Source of the DNA: Microbacteriaceae bacterium BACL25 MAG-120322-bin65
GTDB taxonomy: Bacteria > Actinomycetota > Actinomycetes > Actinomycetales > Microbacteriaceae
NCBI GenBank assembly: GCA_001438965.1
Contig: LIAY01000001.1
Coordinates: 1 to 44,217, forward strand
DNA length: 44,217 nucleotides
Reading direction: 5' to 3'
A program made the translations under genes and the position numbers. The notes under the pieces are model-generated. The model was not told the origin of the DNA. It made no database searches and saw nothing but the letters and a program-made list of their open reading frames with translations. The number at the start of each line of letters is the position of its first letter. Positions within the stretch are counted from its first letter, which is position 1. Shown here one piece after another: positions 8,770 to 16,421 of the stretch.

Positions 8770-9675
8770 ATGGTGGACTCGGTCACGGTTAAAGCGCCGG
8801 GAAAAATCAACCTGATTTTGCGAGTGGGTGCACCTGGTCCTGATGGCTATCACGACCTGGTGACCTGTTTTCATGCTGTTGATATCAGCGAAACCATTAC
8901 TGTCGCTCACGCCGACGAGTTCTCACTCAGTGTTGCTGGCAGTGTCTCGCTAGATGAAATTCCCCTGGGTGGCGACAATCTGGCCATTCGGGCCGCAAAA
9001 GCGCTTGCAGCACTGAGTGGCTATCAAGGTGGCGCCAAAATAACTATTGATAAGCAAGTTCCCGTGGGTGGGGGAATGGGCGGGGGCTCCGCTGATGCGG
9101 CCGGGGCACTTGTCGCGCTCAACGAGCTTTGGGAAACCGGGCATGACATAGCGGAACTATTGGCTGTGGCAGCACCACTGGGTGCCGATGTTCCTTTTGC
9201 CCTTCTGGGTGGCAGCGCGGTAGGGCGGGGCCGAGGGGATCAGCTCACCTCCGTGCCATCGGGCGTTTTCAACTGGGTTCTTGTTCCCAGTGCGGTTCAT
9301 CTTTCGACACCTCAGGTGTATGCCACACTCGACGTGCTTCGAGGCGACGAGGCTGTAGTGGCCCCACGCGAGCCCTCCGAAGAATTTTTTGCAGCGATGG
9401 CCTCAGGCGACGCAACAGCGTTAGCGCCCTTACTGGTGAACGATCTAGCCCCGGCAAGCCTGGAACTCCATCCTGATCTGGCCAGAACCTTGTCCCAGGG
9501 CAAGGGCTTAGGCGCGCTGGCTGGCATGGTCTCCGGTTCGGGGCCAACGCTCGTGTTTTTAGCAGCGGATGCGCAGGGAGCCGAGCACTTAGCCCTGGGT
9601 CTTGAAGCCGGCGGTCACCGTGCGCTGAGGGTTACTTCACCGGTTCAGGGAGCTCATCTGGTGGAGTCTCGCTGA
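8770..9675 (+). CDS. ispE: 4-(CDP)-2-C-methyl-D-erythritol kinase
   Basis: APGKINL, GYHDL, PVGGGMGGGSADAA, GADVPF, VSGSGPT. Confidence 0.95.
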   Translation: MVDSVTVKAPGKINLILRVGAPGPDGYHDLVTCFHAVDISETITVAHADEFSLSVAGSVSLDEIPLGGDNLAIRAAKALAALSGYQGGAKITIDKQVPVGGGMGGGSADAAGALVALNELWETGHDIAELLAVAAPLGADVPFALLGGSAVGRGRGDQLTSVPSGVFNWVLVPSAVHLSTPQVYATLDVLRGDEAVVAPREPSEEFFAAMASGDATALAPLLVNDLAPASLELHPDLARTLSQGKGLGALAGMVSGSGPTLVFLAADAQGAEHLALGLEAGGHRALRVTSPVQGAHLVESR

Positions 9676-10156
9676 CATCTTTTTGGAAGATGCTGAGCAA
9701 CACCAAATAGATGGCGCCGAGTACTAAGAAAATATCGGCGACGTTACCCACAAAAAAACCGGAGTAGTCGATGAAATCGACAATGTGGCCCCTGCCAAAT
9801 CCCGGTTCGCGTAGAACCCGATCACCTAGGTGACTAATCGCTCCACCCAGTAGAGCAGCGATTCCAACACCCCACGAGATTTTGGCATTACGGTAAGCAA
9901 AAATTGTGAGCCCCACGACGGCGAGACCGGCAAATATGGTCAAAATCCAGGTGAAGTCAGAGGCCAAGCCAAAAGCTGCGCCCGGGTTATAGACCAGGCG
10001 CCAACCCAGAACCTCGCCTAAAACGGGAGGATATTCGCGAAGTACCAGTGTTGATTCTGCCCACCATTTGGTGGCCTGGTCGAACCCCACAATCACAACG
10101 GCTGCCAATCCAACCCAGATTCGGAGCTTTCGTGATGGCGTAGCGGTCGTGGTCAC
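9632..10156 (-). CDS. lspA: Lipoprotein signal peptidase (signal peptidase II)
   Basis: DQATK, YNPGAAFG, GGAISHLGDR, GHIVDFI, GNVADI. AAGGAG RBS upstream of the GTG. Confidence 0.88.
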   Translation of the reverse strand: MTTTATPSRKLRIWVGLAAVVIVGFDQATKWWAESTLVLREYPPVLGEVLGWRLVYNPGAAFGLASDFTWILTIFAGLAVVGLTIFAYRNAKISWGVGIAALLGGAISHLGDRVLREPGFGRGHIVDFIDYSGFFVGNVADIFLVLGAIYLVLLSIFQKDVSETPPDELPEPVK

Positions 10157-10230
10157 AGAGACTCCTTGGCCAGTTCGATGCTGGCAGTTCGGGCAAGCTT
10201 GGCTAAAAAGAGTATTCCACGCCTAGCTTG

Positions 10231-10740
10231 CTAGCGAGGTTCGCGGCTTTCCACATCGAGGCTGAGCACTCGCAGGGCGCTAGCCATAATGGCTTGTTCT
10301 TCCTTAGTGACCGCGCTTAAGAGATCCTGTTCGGCCTCGACCAGGGTCGCAAAAGCAGTGTCGACGGCTTTGAGTCCGGCGGTGGTGATCCGCACTACGA
10401 CCCCACGACCGTCATCGGGGTCAGAGGATCGGGTGACCAATCCGCGCGTTTCAAGCTTGGTCAACCGGTGGGTCATCGCGCCCGAGCTGATTAAGGCTTG
10501 GGCCATGAGAGCACCGGGGCTTTGTTGATATGGCTTGCCCGCTCTTCTGAGAGCCGCCAAAACATCGAATTCCCACGATTCCAGACCAGAAGATTTGAAA
10601 GCTTCTCTGCGGAAACGATCCACCCTTTTTGCAATGCGGGTGACCCGAGATAGGACTTCCAGTGGGGAAACATCCAGATCGGGTCGTTCCCGGCGCCACG
10701 CAGAAACAATGTGATCTACATCATCTCCGGGCGAGCTCAT
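10231..10740 (-). CDS. MarR family transcriptional regulator (TamR-like)
   Basis: DDVDHIVSAWRRERPDLD, EFDVLAALRRAG, SGAMTHRLTKLE, DGRGVVVRIT. The upstream extension in the ORF track overlaps the tRNA, so ATG 10740 was chosen. Confidence 0.88.
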   Translation of the reverse strand: MSSPGDDVDHIVSAWRRERPDLDVSPLEVLSRVTRIAKRVDRFRREAFKSSGLESWEFDVLAALRRAGKPYQQSPGALMAQALISSGAMTHRLTKLETRGLVTRSSDPDDGRGVVVRITTAGLKAVDTAFATLVEAEQDLLSAVTKEEQAIMASALRVLSLDVESREPR

Positions 10741-10788
10741 CACACCATTATCCGTCCTCTGGCACAATAGGGGAGGCCCTTGGGTCAT

Positions 10789-10860
10789 TCCGCCTTGGTG
10801 TAACGGCAGCACGACAGCCTTTGGAGCTGTTAGGTCTAGGTTCGAATCCTGGGGGCGGAG
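10789..10860 (+). tRNA. tRNA-Gln(TTG)
   Basis: Acceptor TCCGCCT/GGGCGGA, anticodon stem ACAGC/GCTGT with TTG at 10821-10823, T-loop TTCGAAT. CCA not encoded. Usual position before glmU. Confidence 0.95.
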
Positions 10861-10919
10861 CTACGGTGACCATGTGTTTGGTCACCACAATCGTGGCCGG
10901 ATGGGCTTAAATGGTGGGT

Positions 10920-12353
10920 ATGACCGATCAGGCGCTCGCAGTCGTGGTCCTGGCCGCAGGTGCCGGAACCCGGATGAAATCAGCAACCCCCAAGGTGTTG
11001 CACCAACTTAGTGGCGTCCCCCTCATCGGTCACGTACTCTCCACGGCTATCGCACTCGAGCCCGAACACATCGCAGTGGTAGTTCGACACGAACGCGATG
11101 AGGTCGCTCGGGTTGTTGCTGAGTATGCACCCGATGCCCTCATTGTTGATCAAGACGATGCGCCCGGCACCGGTCGCGCCGTGGAAGTGGCCTGTGACGC
11201 CCTGCCGGATTCTTTTAGCGGAGTCGTGGTGGTCATCAGCGGCGATGTCCCGTTGCTTGATTCCGATACCTTGCGTGCCGTGATCGCTCATCATCGAGAG
11301 CAACAGGTCGCAGCGACACTCATCTCAACCCTGCCGGAGGACCCCACCGGCTATGGCCGGATCATTCGCGACGATGATGGCCAGGTGATTCGTGTTGTCG
11401 AGCACAGCGATGCAAGCGATGAAGAACGAGCGATCCAAGAGGTCAACGCCGGAAGCTACGTATTCGATAGGAAACTTGTTCACTCGGCGCTGGGCACGCT
11501 GGCCACCCACAACGCTCAAGGAGAAAAATATCTCACCGATGTGATCGAAGCTCTTTGGGCCGCAGGCTTGGGTGTTCACGCTATTCGGGTGGAAGACGAT
11601 TGGCTCCTCCAAGGCATCAACGACCGAGTTCAACTCAGCGATGTGCAGTCCCGGCTCAACCGGATGATTGTTCGCGGCTGGCAGCTCGCCGGTGTGACCG
11701 TACAAGACCCGGGGAGCACCTGGATTGAATTAGGTGTGGAGTTAGCCCCAGATGTAGAAATTTTGCCAGGAGTCCAACTGCGCGGTCAGACCCGGGTGGA
11801 AACCGGCGCCATCATTGGCCCTGATTCCACGTTGCTCGACACGGTGGTCGAATCCGGTGCTCATGTTGTGCGCACTCACGCCCAGGGAGCACACATTGAG
11901 GCGGGAGCCACTGTTGGTCCCTTTAGTTTTCTCCGACCCGAGGCACATGTTGGCCCTGATGCCAAAGTTGGCGCGTTTGTGGAAATCAAGAACTCGCACT
12001 TACACCGTGGCGCGAAAGTGCCCCACCTGAGTTACATAGGCGATGCCGATATTGGAGAGGGCGCCAATATTGGCGCTGGGGCTATCACGGCAAATTATGA
12101 CGGTGTGAGTAAAAACCGCACCGTCATCGGCGCACAGTCCAAGACCGGCTCACACACAGTTTTTGTTGCACCCGTGCAGCTAGGAGATGGTTCTTACACC
12201 GCAGCTGGAGCGGTAGTGCGCCGCGACGTGCCCCCGGGGGCTCTCGCCATGAGCGTCTCCCCTCAGCGCAACCTGGAAGGTTGGGTTGAAGCTAACCGCC
12301 AAGGCTCGCCGTCTGCCAGCGCCGCATCCAAGGCTAAGGACGCTAAACATTAA
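10920..12353 (+). CDS. glmU: Bifunctional UDP-GlcNAc pyrophosphorylase / glucosamine-1-phosphate N-acetyltransferase
   Basis: LAAGAGTRMKS, PKVLH, GDVPLL, GYGRI, EKYLTD, hexapeptide repeats, PHLSYIGDA, NYDG. Confidence 0.96.
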   Translation: MTDQALAVVVLAAGAGTRMKSATPKVLHQLSGVPLIGHVLSTAIALEPEHIAVVVRHERDEVARVVAEYAPDALIVDQDDAPGTGRAVEVACDALPDSFSGVVVVISGDVPLLDSDTLRAVIAHHREQQVAATLISTLPEDPTGYGRIIRDDDGQVIRVVEHSDASDEERAIQEVNAGSYVFDRKLVHSALGTLATHNAQGEKYLTDVIEALWAAGLGVHAIRVEDDWLLQGINDRVQLSDVQSRLNRMIVRGWQLAGVTVQDPGSTWIELGVELAPDVEILPGVQLRGQTRVETGAIIGPDSTLLDTVVESGAHVVRTHAQGAHIEAGATVGPFSFLRPEAHVGPDAKVGAFVEIKNSHLHRGAKVPHLSYIGDADIGEGANIGAGAITANYDGVSKNRTVIGAQSKTGSHTVFVAPVQLGDGSYTAAGAVVRRDVPPGALAMSVSPQRNLEGWVEANRQGSPSASAASKAKDAKH

Positions 12354-12402
12354 CTAATGAAATCTCTCCACCAAGGTCGACGATCGATAAGGCGATAATC
12401 TC

Positions 12403-13380
12403 GTGAGCATGATCACCACCACGTCGAAGAAAAAGCTTGTGCTTGTCAGCGGGAGGGCTCACCCGGAACTGGCCAGACAGGTCGCTGCGGAGCTTGACAC
12501 GGAGCTGGTTCCCACCGAGGCTCGCACTTTTTCCAACGGGGAAATTTATGCCCGCTATGGGGAAAGCGTTCGAGGCTGCGATGCTTTTGTGCTTCAATCT
12601 CACACCCGGCCGATCAACGAATGGCTGATGGAGCAACTCATTATGGTCGATGCCCTCAAGCGCGCAAGCGCAAAGCGCATCACTGTTGTGGCACCGTTTT
12701 ATCCCTATGCTCGCCAGGATAAGAAGGGCCGAGGGCGTGAACCTATTTCGGCAAGGCTCGTGGCGGACATGTTCAAAGCCGCTGGTGCTGATCGAATCAT
12801 GAGTGTTGATTTACACGCCGCTCAAATTCAGGGTTTCTTTGATGGCCCTGTCGATCACTTGTTCGCGATGCCGGTATTGCTGGAGCATTTCCAGAAGCAG
12901 TTGGATCCGGCAACCCTGACCGTGGTTAGCCCGGATATGGGCCGCGTGCGAGTGGCCGATACTTGGAGTGACAAACTGGGCGTTCCACTCGCCATCATTC
13001 ACAAGCGTCGCGACCCGCGGGTTCCCAATGAGGTCTCGGTGCACGAAATTGTGGGTGAGGTAGAAGGCCGCGTCTGTTTGCTCGTTGATGACATGATCGA
13101 CACCGGTCGCACTATTGCCAAGGGTGCCCAGGCTTTGAAAAACAGTGGCGCCACCTCCGTGGTGGTTGCGGCCACACACGCTGTTTTTTCTGACCCAGCC
13201 ACCGAGGTGTTGCAATCGGAGTGGATTGATCAGGTTGTCGTCACCGACACTCTGCCCCTGGCCGCGGAGAAGAGATGGGACCGCTTGACCGTGTTGCCTA
13301 TTGCACCTTTGTTAGCGCGCGCCATTCGTGAAGTGTTCGAAGATGGATCTGTGACATCCATGTTTGATGGAGCCGCTTAA
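12403..13380 (+). CDS. prs: Ribose-phosphate diphosphokinase
   Basis: FSNGE, YARQDKK, DLHAAQIQGFF, VSPDMG, VDDMIDTG. Confidence 0.97.
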   Translation: MSMITTTSKKKLVLVSGRAHPELARQVAAELDTELVPTEARTFSNGEIYARYGESVRGCDAFVLQSHTRPINEWLMEQLIMVDALKRASAKRITVVAPFYPYARQDKKGRGREPISARLVADMFKAAGADRIMSVDLHAAQIQGFFDGPVDHLFAMPVLLEHFQKQLDPATLTVVSPDMGRVRVADTWSDKLGVPLAIIHKRRDPRVPNEVSVHEIVGEVEGRVCLLVDDMIDTGRTIAKGAQALKNSGATSVVVAATHAVFSDPATEVLQSEWIDQVVVTDTLPLAAEKRWDRLTVLPIAPLLARAIREVFEDGSVTSMFDGAA

Positions 13381-13724
13381 GTCCCCGTTAGTGGAATTAG
13401 GCGCGGTGCGCCGGGGATGATGCCCAAGTGGGCAACAAAGGTTTCTTCCCCATTGAACATTCCTGCATAACAGTTCCAACCGATCAGGCTGGGACGCGTG
13501 ATATTAAAGCGGGCGTAAGCGTCTGTGGCGCCGGGGGCATAGTAAGCAACGGCGATGCTGCACGCGTAGGCAGCGGTTCGAGCTTGGGTGGTCCAGGTGA
13601 TGAGAACCCCGGGTAGCACCAAGGCAGCAATGGCCAAACTGACAACAATGCGCATCCACAGTTGGCGCCGTGGCGAGCGCAGTGGGCGCTGGTCCTCTTC
13701 GAAGTCTTCTGCGTTAATACTCAT
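13377..13724 (-). CDS. Small hypothetical membrane protein
   Basis: Acidic/basic N-terminus, one TM segment (IVVSLAIAALVLPGVLI) and two Cys. Fills the gap between prs and the permease. Confidence 0.7.
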   Translation of the reverse strand: MSINAEDFEEDQRPLRSPRRQLWMRIVVSLAIAALVLPGVLITWTTQARTAAYACSIAVAYYAPGATDAYARFNITRPSLIGWNCYAGMFNGEETFVAHLGIIPGAPRLIPLTGT

Positions 13725-13763
13725 GTTCACCCCACAGTCTTTCATGCTGGCTATAGTGTCGCC

Positions 13764-14984
13764 GTGGCGAGGTTAGTACGGACACTGGGGCCTACCGGGG
13801 CAATCGGTATTGGCGCAGCATCCATGGTCGGTGCTGGTGTTTTTTATGTCTGGGCGCCGGCGGCCGCACTGGCTGGATCCTGGCTACTGGTGTCGTTGAT
13901 GATCGCGGGCAGTGTTGCCCTCGTTAACGCAGTGACCATGGCGCAACTGGCGCTGCATAACCCGGTATCGGGTGGGGCTTACCAATTTGGTCGAAAATAT
14001 GTGTCACCTCGGGCGGGGTTTCTTGCGGGCTGGATGTTTCTCACCGGTAAGACAGCTTCGGCCGCCGCGATTGCCGTCATTGCCGCTCGTTATCTGGCAC
14101 CGGATTACGCAACCATCCTTGCTGTGGGGTTGCTCGCTGTTTTTGCCCTGGCCAACCTGAGTGGGCTGCGCACTACTGCGGGGATGAGTATCGCCATTGT
14201 CACTCTGGTGGTGGCCATGTTGGTGGCGATTATTTTCCAGTCAGGATTTGCTGGCGGCAATGCTGAGACCTCACACTTTGGCGGTGTCTATGGGGTGGCG
14301 CAGGCTGCAGGTTTGATGTTTTTTGCCTTTGCCGGGTACGCCCGCATGGCCACACTGGGCGAAGAAGTGAGAAACCCGACGGTCGTGTTGCCTCGGGTGA
14401 TTGTGGGGACACTCGTGGGTGTCTTAGTTCTCTATGCCGTTCTCGGTGCGGCCTTGATTGGCAACCTTGGTGTGGGCGCGCTCGCCACCAGTGTTGCCCC
14501 GATAGCAGATCTGGCACCGGATTCTTGGCGCGTTGTGGTGATCGCCTTCGCGAGTCTTGCCAGCCTGGGATCCTTGGCAGCAATTTTGGCTGGATTATCC
14601 AGAACGTCGATGGCCATGGCCCGACAGGGAGATTTGCCGATTTTTCTGGCCCGCGTGTGGCCTCGGACATCGTCACCGGCGGTGGCGGAGATAACCATGG
14701 CCATCATCGCTATCGTCCTCGCTGTGTTGGTTGATCCCGTGTGGTTGGTGGGGGCGTCTTCCAGTGCGGTGTTGAGCTATTACGCCATTGCTCACCTCAG
14801 TGCGATCGGCCAGCCAGAGCGCGAGCGGCTGATTCCCCGGGTGGTGCCGTGGGTGGGTTTAGTGGCGTGTGTGGCGTTGGTGGCAACCCTTCCGTGGCAA
14901 TCTATTGCCGTTGGCGGGGTATCCGCAGCCCTTGGGCTGACCATCTGGGGGCGCGTTGAAAGGCGTCGGCGTAACCACAGTTAG
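13764..14984 (+). CDS. APC family amino acid permease
   Basis: GAASMVGAGVF, SGGAY, FFAFAGY, GEEVRNP and many TM segments. GTG 13764 follows TATAGT by 6 nt. Confidence 0.9.
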   Translation: MARLVRTLGPTGAIGIGAASMVGAGVFYVWAPAAALAGSWLLVSLMIAGSVALVNAVTMAQLALHNPVSGGAYQFGRKYVSPRAGFLAGWMFLTGKTASAAAIAVIAARYLAPDYATILAVGLLAVFALANLSGLRTTAGMSIAIVTLVVAMLVAIIFQSGFAGGNAETSHFGGVYGVAQAAGLMFFAFAGYARMATLGEEVRNPTVVLPRVIVGTLVGVLVLYAVLGAALIGNLGVGALATSVAPIADLAPDSWRVVVIAFASLASLGSLAAILAGLSRTSMAMARQGDLPIFLARVWPRTSSPAVAEITMAIIAIVLAVLVDPVWLVGASSSAVLSYYAIAHLSAIGQPERERLIPRVVPWVGLVACVALVATLPWQSIAVGGVSAALGLTIWGRVERRRRNHS

Positions 14985-15005
14985 ACGAGTAGGCCTAGTC
15001 CGGGG

Positions 15006-15149
15006 TAGCATTACTAGGTACTTCGGCGAGGAAGTGTTGTCAAGACTCACTTCGTAATCGACGCGGTGGAGTGGGCTCCCAAGGTCTCTCCTCACGCTAG
15101 GGCGTTCGAGTTGCAGAAATCTTAACCACTAAAGGGAGCACTATTTATC
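15006..15149 (+). promoter_or_regulatory. rplY promoter (-10 TAGCAT) and structured 5' leader
   Basis: TAGCAT 15006-15011, hairpin GAAGTG/CACTTC (15031-15053), a second imperfect hairpin at about 15063-15097, and AGGGAG SD-like sequence. Confidence 0.5.
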
Positions 15150-15779
15150 ATGGCCGACAATCTTCTTGATGCGGACGTCCGCACTTCTTTCGGAAAAGGC
15201 GCTGCACGTAAGTTGCGCGCTGCTGGCAAAATCCCCGCCGTTATTTACGGTCACGGTAGCGAACCAGTTCACGTGGCGCTTCCCGCCCACGAGACGACGC
15301 TGATTGCTCGTCGCGCGAACGCGTTGCTTGATCTCAAAATGCCAGAAGATCAGCAGTTGGTGCTGATTAAAGACATTCAGCGCGACCCCGTGCGCCAGAT
15401 TATTGAACACCTTGACTTGGTCATCGTCCGTAAGGGTGAGAAAGTCACCGTTGATATTGCCGTTCACGTAGAGGGCGAGCCTTACCCCGGCACCATGGTT
15501 CAGCTAGAGAACAACACGGTCAGCGTGGAAGCCGAAGCTACCCACATTCCTGAATCGGTTTCCGTCAGCGTTGAGGGCATGGAAGAGGGCACCCAGGTTC
15601 ACGCTGGCGAGCTCGAGCTCCCTGCTGGATCAACCTTGGTCAGTGTCCCCGAGATGCTCATTCTCAGTATCCAGCAGCCTCCTAAGGCCGAGGAAGAAAC
15701 ACCCGTTGTTGCTGAGGAATCTGACGCGCCTGCTGCCGGTGACTCAGAAGACTCTGGCGCTAATGCGGGTGGCGAATAG
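15150..15779 (+). CDS. rplY: 50S ribosomal protein L25 / general stress protein Ctc
   Basis: RTSFGKGAARKLR..GKIPAVIYGHG, IQRDPV, HLDL, acidic tail. Confidence 0.96.
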   Translation: MADNLLDADVRTSFGKGAARKLRAAGKIPAVIYGHGSEPVHVALPAHETTLIARRANALLDLKMPEDQQLVLIKDIQRDPVRQIIEHLDLVIVRKGEKVTVDIAVHVEGEPYPGTMVQLENNTVSVEAEATHIPESVSVSVEGMEEGTQVHAGELELPAGSTLVSVPEMLILSIQQPPKAEEETPVVAEESDAPAAGDSEDSGANAGGE

Positions 15780-15781
15780 TC

Positions 15782-16411
15782 CTGTTTGGGCGATTCTCAC
15801 CCAAGCGCGAGGGCCTAGGGCCCCAGTGGCTCATTGTGGGGCTAGGTAATCCCGGCCCGCAATACGAGCGAACGCGCCACAATGTTGGCCACCGGGTCAT
15901 CACCGGGTGCGCACACAGTGCGGGCGTGAGTTTTACCAAGTTCAAAAGCCATGGGATGACGGCGAGCATCACTCACCCCGCGGGGTTGACGATGCGTTTG
16001 GCCACACTCTCAAGTTTTATGAACCGATCCGGTAACCCAGTTCAAGCGATGATGGCGTTTCATAAAATTCCCGCGGGGAACCTCGTCGTGGTTCACGATG
16101 AGCTCGATTTAGCTCCCGGCGTTGTGCGCCTGAAATTTGGTGGCGGTCACGCTGGGCACAATGGTTTACGCGATATTGCTCAGGCGCTAGGCACCGGTGA
16201 TTTTTTTCGCATTCGGGTGGGCATTGGTCGCCCCGAAACGAGGCAGCCCACTGCTGACTATGTTTTAGGCCGTTTCAGTGCTGATGCCGAGGCCGCATTA
16301 CCTCAGACGATTGCGCTGTGTTGTGAGGCAATAGAAGCTCTGGTGACCAAGGGGTTAGAGCCTGCACAAGGGCTGATTCACCCCCAGACTGGCAAGTCCC
16401 CAGCGTCCTAG
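15782..16411 (+). CDS. pth: Peptidyl-tRNA hydrolase (start uncertain: CTG 15782 or GTG 15836)
   Basis: WLIVGLGNPG, TRHNVG, FMNRSG, VVHDELDL, GGGHAGHNGLR, RIRVGIGRP, DYVL. Confidence 0.92.
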   Translation: MFGRFSPKREGLGPQWLIVGLGNPGPQYERTRHNVGHRVITGCAHSAGVSFTKFKSHGMTASITHPAGLTMRLATLSSFMNRSGNPVQAMMAFHKIPAGNLVVVHDELDLAPGVVRLKFGGGHAGHNGLRDIAQALGTGDFFRIRVGIGRPETRQPTADYVLGRFSADAEAALPQTIALCCEAIEALVTKGLEPAQGLIHPQTGKSPAS

Positions 16412-16421
16412 ACTTGCTCGA

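Noticed and set aside
10741-10812. N-terminal extension of the MarR ORF in the track (similar extensions on akr, yyaL, rsmA, permease, fumC, xseB, rmuC)
   Set aside because: These extensions overlap neighbouring genes, the tRNA or a terminator. Downstream starts fit family N-termini and SD or -10 spacing better.
10861-10910. tRNA-Gln 3' flank (and likewise the tRNA-Leu flank) as an integration site
   Set aside because: No integrase and no duplicated tRNA 3' end seen. Core genes follow directly. Only a short GGTGACCA/TGGTCACC hairpin (10865-10886) is present.
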